From: Naegleria gruberi
Lineage: Eukaryota
DNA: 64,000 nucleotides
Strand: one strand, 5' to 3'
Assembly: GCA_000004985.1 (NCBI GenBank)
Contig: GG738847.1
This document shows positions 9,880-19,433 of this stretch, in pieces. The notes beneath the pieces are model-generated. The model was not told where the DNA came from, searched no databases, and saw nothing but the letters and a program-made list of their open reading frames with translations. Every line of letters begins with the position of its first letter. Positions within the stretch are counted from its first letter, which is position 1. The position numbers were made by a program, and so were the translations under genes.

Positions 9880-10707
9880 ATGAACGTAAAGGAGATGTTT
9901 GATAGTGTGGCCCTCAGCCTCATTGCCTTTCTTGAATCACATGAAGGAGTAAAAAATGTTCAATTATTTGAAACAAAACCAACAGCACAAGCTCAAATAG
10001 ATAATTGGGAAAAAACAAACAAGACACAATTACCATCGGAACTTAAATCATTCTTATTATACTCGAATGGATTTCTTTTAAAATGGAAAATTAGTTTATC
10101 TGATGAAAAGGAAGTTCAGATGGGATACATGTCAATACATTCTATTGAAAAAATTGTGGAAGTGAAAAAGAAGGATGATGACACTGAATCTTCTCATCCT
10201 TTCCATTCCGCATTCGAGCTTAGCAATTCAACAAGTCATTGTAGTGGTAGAGTGTGTTTTGTATATAAGGACAGTCCACAAAATCCTGCTTCGGCTGAGA
10301 TATGGTACCAAGATCTTGGCCTTAATTGGTGGTTTATTTCCAAGACCTTTGTCGAATATTTCAGATTAATGATTCTGCATTTGGGATTACCGAATTGGCA
10401 GATGGTTTTTACTGATACCGGTCTTCCCTCAATAACAAAACAATGGATTCGGTTCTTGTCACCTCAAAGATTAATAATTGATTTGAGCAGAGTATGCTTA
10501 AATAGCGAGTCTCTAATGGAATTACCAGAGGAAAGTATGAATCAATTATTTAGAGTTGAATCCGTTTCCAGACTCAAAGAACTCCAAAACCAAAACAAGA
10601 AAAAGAAGAAGAAGGTTGTAAAAAAGAAGGCAAAGATTGATTTGAAAAAATTGGATGCCATGGCTTCAAAGACTAAAAAGAAAGAAAAGGTTGTAGAGAA
10701 GAAATAG
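9880..10707 (+). CDS. SMI1/KNR4 (SUKH) family protein with K-rich C-terminal tail; possibly TPGS2-like
   Basis: ATG start. LPSELKSFLLYSNGFLLKW matches the SMI1/KNR4 signature LP.dy..Fl...NG. Confidence 0.55.
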   Translation: MNVKEMFDSVALSLIAFLESHEGVKNVQLFETKPTAQAQIDNWEKTNKTQLPSELKSFLLYSNGFLLKWKISLSDEKEVQMGYMSIHSIEKIVEVKKKDDDTESSHPFHSAFELSNSTSHCSGRVCFVYKDSPQNPASAEIWYQDLGLNWWFISKTFVEYFRLMILHLGLPNWQMVFTDTGLPSITKQWIRFLSPQRLIIDLSRVCLNSESLMELPEESMNQLFRVESVSRLKELQNQNKKKKKKVVKKKAKIDLKKLDAMASKTKKKEKVVEKK

Positions 10708-10733
10708 TTTGATTTTACTGTACATTGTGTTAT

Positions 10734-11591
10734 TTACATTTTTTCCATTTGTTCTCGTTCCTCTGAATAACGAATTGAGAGGTACCACTTTTGAGCATGA
10801 CTAGCACATTGTCTTCTACCTCTAGTTTTGACATACTTGGTACTAATCATCTTCCAGTTGTGACCGCATTCCTTTAAGCCCTTCAAAAATCTTTGATGTT
10901 CATCATCTGACCACCATCCAGTATTGAATTGACCCTTTGTAGTGTGCTTCTTCTTCTTTCTAATGACAGGAGTTGTGGTTGTGGTCTTTTTCTTAACTTG
11001 TTTTGGAGATGATTGCTTTTTTGGTTTCTTGACTTCCTCTGATGACGAACAAGAGGAGACTGTTTCATCGTCGTCATGACTATCACTTGGTTGAGTATAT
11101 TCTTCCTCTGCATCTTCTCCAGAATCAGATGAGGTTAAAGGAGAATCCAATTCTTCTTTCTTCTCTTTGTATTCTTTGATTTCGTTTGTTGAAAATTGGT
11201 CTTGCAAGGAATCGATTGATTTTGTTGGACTAGTTAACGACTCGGCATACCATCTATTGATCATCATCTTTCTTGGTTTGGAGATTCCAACACCAGAGTA
11301 TGTACAAGCAAGATCCCAAGCTGTGTTGTTACTGTTTGATTTCGATCCCTTTTGGTGATGGTTGTTGGAGAAGGTCATTGTAAAACTGCTTGTGCCGATT
11401 GATGGTGGTAGATTATTAGTTTGGGAAGGAACATATTGATTAGTTACGGAGCATGATGTAGTTGTGGAGAGGAGTGAGTGGATGTTCCTTTTCACTTCCC
11501 AAAATAATGACTTGCTTTCTTTGTAAATGTCTCTTATTGGACTATGCTTGATGGACAATACAATAATCCTGAAATTTAGGATGAACCTCAA
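10734..11591 (-). CDS. Myb/SANT DNA-binding protein, SHAQKYF class (start uncertain; first ATG at 11378)
   Basis: C-terminal GWWSDDEHQRFLKGLKECGHNWKMISTKYVKTRGRRQCASHAQKWY is a single Myb repeat with the SHAQK(Y/W) motif. The ORF track start at 11591 is TTG with an in-frame TGA three codons upstream. Confidence 0.65.
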   Translation of the reverse strand: MRFILNFRIIVLSIKHSPIRDIYKESKSLFWEVKRNIHSLLSTTTSCSVTNQYVPSQTNNLPPSIGTSSFTMTFSNNHHQKGSKSNSNNTAWDLACTYSGVGISKPRKMMINRWYAESLTSPTKSIDSLQDQFSTNEIKEYKEKKEELDSPLTSSDSGEDAEEEYTQPSDSHDDDETVSSCSSSEEVKKPKKQSSPKQVKKKTTTTTPVIRKKKKHTTKGQFNTGWWSDDEHQRFLKGLKECGHNWKMISTKYVKTRGRRQCASHAQKWYLSIRYSEEREQMEKM

Positions 11592-11938
11592 ATGAATTCA
11601 TTGAATAATAGGTCATCTTTGCAAAATGTCATCATTGAAAGATGACCTATTGAAAAGTAATGGATCTAGTACTGAAAGAGATCTTTGTTAGTACTAACGA
11701 ATATTCTTTGGACGAATCATTTCAATTAATTGATACAATATAATATTCAAATCTTCAATATTCGAATGATTACGTTTTAACTGAAAATTTCATAAGTCTC
11801 AATTAAATTTTAATACTTTTAATACTTGAACCTTCATTTCACAGTTCACTGTTACAATTCAATTTGAAACTAAACTGTATAAATTTAAAAATAGAACAAA
11901 ATTCATAAAAAATATCAAAATATCAACCTTGAAACAAT

Positions 11939-12677
11939 ATGAAGTCTTCATCATCTTCTAATAGTGGAATTGCATTTGGAAAGGAATCTGTTCTCTTACT
12001 TGAAAATGTATTTTCTGATATTGATCCTCGATTTGTCCTTCAGGTAAGAAAGGGAGATTTGACCATGGAAAAAGTCGATGTCATTGTGAATGCTGCTAAC
12101 TGTAGACTTCAACACATGTCTGGTTTGGCCGGAGCTATTGTAAAGGTATGTATGATCATGATCTGTATTTTAATTTTTTGATTTTATGATGATGCTATGA
12201 AATAATAATAATTAATTCTAGAATGGAGGTCAAATTATTCAGAAGGAAAGTAATAAATTGATTAAAGATTTGGGAAGAGAATTAGAAAATGGTGAAGTTG
12301 TGGAAACAATTAGTGGAGATTTACCTTGTAAAACATTATATCACGCTGTAGGACCTATTTGGAGTAGTAGAAAGGCAAATGATTTCAAAACTCTTGGAGC
12401 TGAACAGGAAGATTTCGAATTGGGAATGTGTGTTGAAGCCTCACTTAATATGGCAGTAGAATCTGGTTTGTCTAGCATTTCTCTTCCTGCCATTTCGTCT
12501 GGAATTTTCGGTTTCCCAAAGGATAGATGTGCCAAGGTATTGTTTAATACGGTGACTGAGTTTTTGAAATCCAACAAGGATAACATTAAGGCCGATCGAT
12601 TTGAGGTCAGATTTACCAACTTTGATGATGAGACATGTAATATTTTCTCTAAGGAATTCAAGAGTAGATTTAATTAA
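11939..12677 (+). CDS. Macro (ADP-ribose-binding / deacylase) domain protein, 220 aa. Exons 11939..12145 and 12222..12677. Intron 12146..12221 (GTATGT...TAG).
   Basis: GDLTMEKVDVIVNAANCRLQHMSGLAGAIVK|NGGQIIQ...LYHAVGPIW...ISLPAISSGIFGFP are classic Macro motifs. The splice restores the frame. Confidence 0.8.
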
Positions 12678-12844
12678 ATATCACCTTATTTATCTATCCA
12701 TAAAAACCTAATAGTACGAAGTTGTCTTTATAATCTTCCTCAATGAGATTGGGTTTATGATCGTGTTTTTTCTCAATTGATAGTCCAACATGAAACTTGG
12801 CCCAATCTCCTCTTCCAATTTGAATTTTGTTCAAGTTAGTGCTC

Positions 12845-13981
12845 TCAATCTTGTGGATTAGTCGTAAACACAACGAATTCTCCAGTATCCAATCGGTAAA
12901 ATGAATGTGTAAAATATTCCATGGCGTATAGCCAGTAAGAGCACAATCCACCTCCGATAGTAGTTGTCCAGTCATACATAATCAAGTGATCATAGTGTTT
13001 TGCAGAGAAATTCTCCTCATCTTCAATTCCAAGAAATTGTCTTCTTAGTTTAGGATAGGTTGTTGGAAGTAATGGATCTGGTGTGTAGGCAAACCAATGA
13101 TGATAGGTAAGAATATCAGAAAACGTTTTCAATGGCTCTAAAATTGAATTATTAAGTGGCGTAAAGTTGAAAACGGATGGATCTGAACGAGTGTGGAATA
13201 TTATCTCATTATAATTAGGTGGAGGTGGGTTATCTGTTCTAAAGGTTTTAAATTCATCCAATATGTTCAATAATAAATCAATAGTTCTCATCTCTTTAAT
13301 AATATCTGTCATGAAGTTATTGACAAATCCATGTTTCTTTGGTGGTTCTGATTCAGAATTGGTTGGAAACATCTTATTCCAAATATTTACAATAAAATTT
13401 GATGTGTTAGGAGTATGAAGCTTTGTGTATGGATCAATTGCTTCATTTGAATAAATAACCTCAACATTTGATGTATAAGCAAAATGAGAGAGGAGGCAAA
13501 ATTTGTGAAATTTCATCATTACATTATTATTCTCTTTCGAACAAAAATCTCTCAACATCCATCCAATAATTCTACATGGTTGAGTGATAGAATATTCCAT
13601 ACATCCCCCATAATTAATAAACTGGCCATAAATCTCATTAGAAAAATCATTAGAACTTTTTAAAACCATTGGGTTGAACAGTAATTCCTTAAATAATTCC
13701 AAACAGGAAACAGTTCCCCTTTTACCCTTAATATAATTTCTAAAATCACCAAATGAGTCCCAAATATTGACAACCCTCACACTCGTACTACCATCATCAT
13801 TATTAATAAATAATTTTTTACAAATATTAAACAATTCATTGGAGTAAATAAAATCATCACATTCTAGGAGTAAATTACATATGTGAGAGTTGACTTGTCT
13901 CAATGAAGCGATCGAGGGCTGATCAAGAAAGATGCAAACTTCAGAGAGCAGAAAGGAATCATACAGTATTTCTCTACCCAT
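12845..13981 (-). CDS. Hypothetical protein with F-box-like N-terminus (378 aa)
   Basis: ATG start and a long ORF with organism-typical codon usage. The N-terminal LLSEVCIFLDQPSIASLRQVNSHICNLL resembles an F-box. No other domain was recognised. Confidence 0.5.
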   Translation of the reverse strand: MGREILYDSFLLSEVCIFLDQPSIASLRQVNSHICNLLLECDDFIYSNELFNICKKLFINNDDGSTSVRVVNIWDSFGDFRNYIKGKRGTVSCLELFKELLFNPMVLKSSNDFSNEIYGQFINYGGCMEYSITQPCRIIGWMLRDFCSKENNNVMMKFHKFCLLSHFAYTSNVEVIYSNEAIDPYTKLHTPNTSNFIVNIWNKMFPTNSESEPPKKHGFVNNFMTDIIKEMRTIDLLLNILDEFKTFRTDNPPPPNYNEIIFHTRSDPSVFNFTPLNNSILEPLKTFSDILTYHHWFAYTPDPLLPTTYPKLRRQFLGIEDEENFSAKHYDHLIMYDWTTTIGGGLCSYWLYAMEYFTHSFYRLDTGEFVVFTTNPQD

Positions 13982-14042
13982 TTTTTTTGATTGTGCATTT
14001 GTAAAATTGATTTAGCATATGTTCTTGCTAAATCAAAAGAAG

Positions 14043-14050
14043 AAAAAAAA
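14043..14050 (-). terminator. Oligo-T run (A8 on plus strand), likely Pol III terminator for tRNA-Gln
   Basis: T8 lies on the minus strand about 20 nt downstream of the tRNA 3' end. Confidence 0.45.
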
Positions 14051-14070
14051 TTCATGGCTCGCCACGTTTA

Positions 14071-14141
14071 CCGTCTCGGGAGGAATCGAACCTCCGTCAA
14101 TGGATTCAAAGTCCACTATGCTACCATTACACCACGAGACG
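14071..14141 (-). tRNA. tRNA-Gln (anticodon UUG)
   Basis: Minus strand CGTCTCGTGGTGTAATGGTAGCATAGTGGACTTTGAATCCATTGACGGAGGTTCGATTCCTCCCGAGACGG. All four stems pair, the anticodon loop is CTTTGAA, and the D and anticodon arms are near-identical to animal tRNA-Gln. The first base pair is the unusual C1:G72. Confidence 0.82.
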
Positions 14142-14337
14142 AGCACATTTATGATATTTCGATACGAATAATTAACTGGATTGGAACATAAAAGCACACG
14201 ACATTCTTGTTACATATTGAAAAGTAGTGTAGTATCGTCTTCATTTCCCCAATACTCCAAATTGGTAAAATATTTAGTATGAACAACCGTTTCGAATAAA
14301 TTTCTTGCTTAATCACTGATTCAACAAAATTCGGAAA

Positions 14338-14416
14338 AAGTTACCCAAACATGAACTTGTCCTTCACTGAAATAACGTTGCCAAACGTTCTCCAATTTCA
14401 CTAACGTTACCCAAAC
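14338..14416. promoter_or_regulatory. Three direct copies of AACGTT(A/G)CC(C/A)AAAC in the tRNA-Gln / G-alpha intergenic region
   Basis: Copies at 14338..14350, 14374..14386 and 14403..14416. Copies 2 and 3 share extended flanks (TTCACT..AACGTT). Confidence 0.3.
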
Positions 14417-14951
14417 ACTTTACAATATTCTTACCACACAACACAATAACTCTCAAAAAGAACAATCATCTCTCAAGTGTTCATTCATCTTATGTTTCAC
14501 TTATATATGATGATATCAATATCTTTTTCAATCATTACATATGATATCAAATGATTTGTTTTTATGTAAAAAAAAAGAATTCTCTATATCTCTAGTCATA
14601 AAAGGCGTTTATTCAATGAATATTATGTTTGTTCCTCACTCACTTTTCATTGTTTTATGAAAATGATGAAGGGGTGTTTGAGGTATTTTAATGTTGAATC
14701 TGTTGTGCTGATGAAATTAGGTCCTCACAAATGCCATCATAAACTGCTACAAGTCAGCCATCACTATCCCTTTAAAAAAAACAACTCAAAAAAATTTTCC
14801 AACAACAACTACCCCAATTATCCAACAAATTTGCGAGAGGTATCTCAGTCCCCAGTAAATTTTAGACAACTTTATACATTGGATAATACATCACCTAAAC
14901 TAGACTAATCCTCCCTCACTTTACGAATATATAACATCATCCTTCTTCAAC

Positions 14952-16510
14952 ATGTGCTTTGGAAATTCAGAGAGCAAGAAGCCAGCTACCACCCAACCTA
15001 CACAACCTACACAGCCAGTAGCAGCAGCTAAACCACCTAAAAAGATTCTTCTCGTAGGTGCTGGTGATTCTGGAAAGAGTAAGTAATTATACAAAATGTA
15101 TTGATATGATTCATCACAATTATTGTTTATTCTCTCCACCAAACTTTCTCATGTATTAATTTTGCTCCTTGGTATTGATGATTCACTGAATATGTTTACG
15201 TGATGATACCACAACCTTCTACTATACTTTTTTTGGAAATTTTTGCAATATAATGATAATCATCCTACTATTGACACTTGTTTGCTGTTGTGCATGTGGT
15301 CATGATAATGATATTCTGTTCCTTGATGATGCGAATCGAAACTTTCCCTCCAAATCTTTTCCGTAAATTTTACATATTCATGAAAAATGGCTCAATTTGA
15401 AATGGTGGCCCATGTATGATGAATGTGCTATTCGTACTACTATTTTGATCACAATGCTAATATTGTTGTTGTTGTTGTTATTATTGATGAATGATATGAT
15501 ATTCATCATAATAATAATATTATTGTTATCAAATAATATATAGGTACCATCTTTAAACAAATGAGATTAATCTATAATAATGGATTTACAACTGATGAAA
15601 AGGCTAAAGTTAGACCAATGATCTATGAGAACATTCTCCGTAACATGATGGTTCTTATTCAAGCTACCAAGACACTTTCGCTTCAAATTTCTACAGAAGA
15701 AAATAGAGAACGTGCCGAAAAGATTGAAAGTTTAGAACAAAAGATTCTTCTTGCTCCAGACAGAGTTTGGGATTCTAATTTGGCTCAAGATATTGCTGAA
15801 TTGTGGAAGGAACCAGCCATTCTTCAAGCCATGTCGAGAAGAAACGAATTCCAAATTGAAGATTCTGCTTCATACTACTTTGATAACTTGGAAAGAATTG
15901 GTCTTTCTGATTATATGCCAAGTGAAGAAGATGTCGTCAGAGCTAGAATTAAGACAACTGGTCTTATTGAACAACCATTTACTTTCAAGAATCTTCCATT
16001 CTGTATGATCGACGTTGGTAAGTATTCCGAGTTTATTGAGATATTCTAACAATAATAATAGGTGGTCAAAGAACCGAACGTAAAAAGTGGATTCACCACT
16101 TCCAAGGAGTTGATAGTATCTTGTTTGTTTGTTCATTGAGTGAATTTGACCAAAAATGTTACGAAGATGATACAACTAACAGAATGAAGGAAAGTTTACA
16201 ACTCTTTGCTGATTACATCAACTCAAAGTGGTTTGCCGATACTTTAGTTTATTTGCTTTTCAACAAACACGACTTGTTCTTGAGAAAGATTGAAAATGGT
16301 GCCAGATTAGTTGATACATTCGAAGATTATAAAGGACCAGAAAATGATGGAGAAGCTGCTAAAGATTTTATCAAGGAAACTTACAAGGAAAAGGATACTG
16401 AAAACAGACTCAGAAATGTCTTCTTTGTTACTGCTTTGGATAAAGCCAATCTGAAGGAACGTCTGGAAGAAATTGTTGCTGACATGATCTCTGCTGAGAA
16501 CGATGTCTAA
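14952..16510 (+). CDS. Heterotrimeric G-protein alpha subunit (349 aa). Exons 14952..15078, 15544..16017, 16062..16510. Introns 15079..15543 (GTAAGT..TAG) and 16018..16061 (GTAAGT..TAG, 44 nt).
   Basis: KILLVGAGDSGKS|TIFKQMRLIY (P-loop), DVG|GQRTERKKWIHHFQGVDSILFV (switch II), LLFNKHDLF (NKxD), TALD (TCAT-like). Splice phases 1 and 1 are consistent, and the frames match track ORFs 15561.. and 16121... Confidence 0.85.
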
Positions 16511-16854
16511 GTGAAGGAAGAATAATTTATCACTGCATCTATTTAGAAAATCCTAAACATTCTTGTAATTCATATTAATCCTCACCAATTTTGCATTTCC
16601 ACTCATTATAATCTCACTAAGTTGTAGTTTTAACAATAAAAATCCAAAACAAATTATTTAAAATACCTTTCGTTTTATTAGCCGTTCGCCATTTACAGAA
16701 AAGGTCCTTACTAAACTTTGTTTTTGCCTTTGTGAACTATCAGCAAAAATGTTCTAAAACGATTCTGAGCGTTTTGGGAAATGTTGTCATTAATTAATTT
16801 TGATAAAATGCACCAAAATATACAAATAATTTGAAAAGAATATTTCTAGTTTAT

Positions 16855-19170
16855 TTATTTAAGTTCTGTAACAGCAAGCCCATTCTTGTGAACCAAAGTC
16901 TCTGCATCTTGGACAGCCTTTTTCTTGGCTTCTTGTTGAGTGAAAAGTTTCTTTTGTTTATCTAGAGCCTTAGAAAGATTCTTCTTGGCACTCTTTGTCA
17001 CTTCGACACCATCCTTATCCTTAGTTGGGAGGCCAGTTTCATCCCATTCAGAGAACTGGGAAGCATATTCTCCTTGTTTGAAAAATTCGAGTGGATCAAT
17101 CAATGATGTTTCGTATTCTTTTTGAGCAGTGGCAAGTTTTTCTTCAGATTTCTTGAGAGCATCAAGTTTGGCTTGTTTTTCATTTGCTTTCTTTTCTTCT
17201 CTTTCTCTCAAAAGTTCATTCTTATCGGCCAACTTCCAAGATGTTGTTTCCTTCTTATCTTCTAATCTAATTCCAAGACCTGGAAGAACATCATCTCTCA
17301 AAGAATCACAAGTTTGTAAAATTCTTTGTTCCTTCTTGTCATTCTTGTCACGAGCAATGTTTCTAATTTCAGATCTAAAGTCAGAGAGAGCATTAATGAT
17401 TGGAGCAACATTTTCTTCATAGCTTTCACCTCCAGAAACTGGGAAACCGAATGTATCAACACCATCAACCAAACCAAAAACTGAGAAAATTCTAGTGACA
17501 TAGTAACCAACTTGCTTCAAAAGTGGAACACTTGGATACTTTGGAGCATCAGCACTGTGTTGATCACCTCCTTGTTTGACAAATTCATTGAATTTTTCAA
17601 CATTCTTCTTTTCCAAATAAGTGTTAGTTGCCTTGATCAAAGATTGGAGAGTTATCATACATTTAATGGTATCGAATGAATTTCTCAAAGCAGTATCAAC
17701 GTCAAGTTTGCTCTTTGACAAGGTTTCACTCAATTCAAAATCAGCTTGATCCCATTTTTCAATACTCTTACCAGTCTTGGTAACATAATCTCTGAAAATA
17801 ATCTTTAAATTACCAAAGAATTCTTGGAATGATTTTTCAATAGACTTGGCATATTCCATAGTTGTTTCAGAATATTCCATTTCATCATCAAATTTACGAT
17901 AGAGGAACATCATTCTGATTTGACGAGCAGTGTACTTTTCAAGAGCTTGTCTAATGGTAATAAAGTTCTTCTTTGATTTAGACATGGACATTCCATCAAT
18001 GGACAAGTGACCAGTGTGAAGGAAATAATTGACCCATTGTCTTGAACCAAGATAAGCTTCAGATTGAGCAAGTTCATTATCGTGGTGAGGGAACTTCAAG
18101 TCGATACCACCACAGTGAACATCCAAAGTAGCATCATTAGCAGATCTACCAGCCAATTTAGCAGCTTGTTGAAGTGCATAACAAGCCATAGCACTACATT
18201 CAATGTGCCATCCAGGTCTACCTTTACCCCATTTACTATCCCATTCTGGTTCACCTGGCTTTGAGGTCTTCCACAAAGCAAAGTCCTTCTTTGATTTCTT
18301 TTTAAAAACTTTCTTTTCAGTTTCAGATTCACCTTCACCATCCATCAAACGTTCTTCACAATTAACATTCCATGGTTCCAATTTACCATAAACATGTTTT
18401 TGATTTTGTTGGAAAGCTTCAACATCAAAGTAAACATTTCCACCTTCTTCATAAGCAAAACCATTATCAATAATTTGTTGAATAAAACTAACAACTTCAT
18501 CAATATGTTCAGTAACTCTAACAAGAACTGTTGGTGTCTTGACTTGAAGTTGTTTCATATCTTCCCAGAACAAATGTTCATAATAACGTGGAACAGACAA
18601 AAAGTCTGGTTGAGAAATTAAATCAGCACTCAATCCAGCTTCAACAACAGCATTCACAAGTGCTTTAAATTCATCAAGAATTTGTCCCAATGTAAGTTGT
18701 TTAGCCTTTACCTTTTCTTCTTGATCAATCTTTAACTTTTGTTGCAAATTCAAAAGGTATTCTTGTAATTTACTATTTGATTCCGATGATGGAAGGCTTG
18801 TAAGTTTTTCTAAAAGTGATGAAGCATTATTTTCCAAGGCTACTCTATTACTCTTCTTGATAATCTTATCATCAATATCGGTAATATTTTCAATATAAAT
18901 AACATTAAAGTTGAAATAATCTTCCAAAATTCTGCGAACAATATCAAAACCAACATAGGTTCTGGCATGTCCCATATGACTCCAATCATAAACTGTTGGA
19001 CCACAAGTGTACCAAGTAATGGTATTACTATTGTCTTGTAAGATGAACTTTTCCTTCTGACAAGTCAAGGAATTGTACACTTCAATACCAGTGTCTCTTC
19101 CTTGTGGTTTGAACCATTCTGGTTGTTGTACTGATGGTTTTTGTCCACTTGTTGTTGTTTGTGGTAGCAT
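16855..19170 (-). CDS. Cysteinyl-tRNA synthetase (cytoplasmic type with K/E-rich C-terminal extension), 771 aa
   Basis: ATG start. Class I motifs are present: the HIGH-type region CGPTVYDWSHMGHARTYV, the KMSKS motif (LSIDGMSMSKSKKNF), and the zinc-binding CysRS core (WHIECSAM). Confidence 0.93.
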   Translation of the reverse strand: MLPQTTTSGQKPSVQQPEWFKPQGRDTGIEVYNSLTCQKEKFILQDNSNTITWYTCGPTVYDWSHMGHARTYVGFDIVRRILEDYFNFNVIYIENITDIDDKIIKKSNRVALENNASSLLEKLTSLPSSESNSKLQEYLLNLQQKLKIDQEEKVKAKQLTLGQILDEFKALVNAVVEAGLSADLISQPDFLSVPRYYEHLFWEDMKQLQVKTPTVLVRVTEHIDEVVSFIQQIIDNGFAYEEGGNVYFDVEAFQQNQKHVYGKLEPWNVNCEERLMDGEGESETEKKVFKKKSKKDFALWKTSKPGEPEWDSKWGKGRPGWHIECSAMACYALQQAAKLAGRSANDATLDVHCGGIDLKFPHHDNELAQSEAYLGSRQWVNYFLHTGHLSIDGMSMSKSKKNFITIRQALEKYTARQIRMMFLYRKFDDEMEYSETTMEYAKSIEKSFQEFFGNLKIIFRDYVTKTGKSIEKWDQADFELSETLSKSKLDVDTALRNSFDTIKCMITLQSLIKATNTYLEKKNVEKFNEFVKQGGDQHSADAPKYPSVPLLKQVGYYVTRIFSVFGLVDGVDTFGFPVSGGESYEENVAPIINALSDFRSEIRNIARDKNDKKEQRILQTCDSLRDDVLPGLGIRLEDKKETTSWKLADKNELLREREEKKANEKQAKLDALKKSEEKLATAQKEYETSLIDPLEFFKQGEYASQFSEWDETGLPTKDKDGVEVTKSAKKNLSKALDKQKKLFTQQEAKKKAVQDAETLVHKNGLAVTELK

Positions 19171-19433
19171 TTCTTTTTTTTCAAAGTAATTATTTTTAAA
19201 TTATTATTTTTTTTAATTTTATGTGTTTGGGTGATGGTGCAATTTTGTTATGAAACTTTAAATTTGAATTTCCCATCTAAATTTCACAACTTTCCAAGAA
19301 TAGATCCTGGCTCTTACAATTAAAAAGTACAGTAAGAAGAAGTAATTAAGAAGAAATAGGTTGACATCCAATAACTATTGGAATGATTTCTCTCACTTGA
19401 GACTTTATATAAATTCACACCCCTTAATTATTT

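Noticed and set aside
12694-12975. 93-aa minus-strand ORF overlapping the 3' end of the F-box-like gene; tested as a possible alternative terminal exon
   Set aside because: It uses rare codons (CTA, TCG, ACG, CGA). No GT/AG pair gives a phase-compatible junction with the main ORF, and any intron would be under 30 nt.
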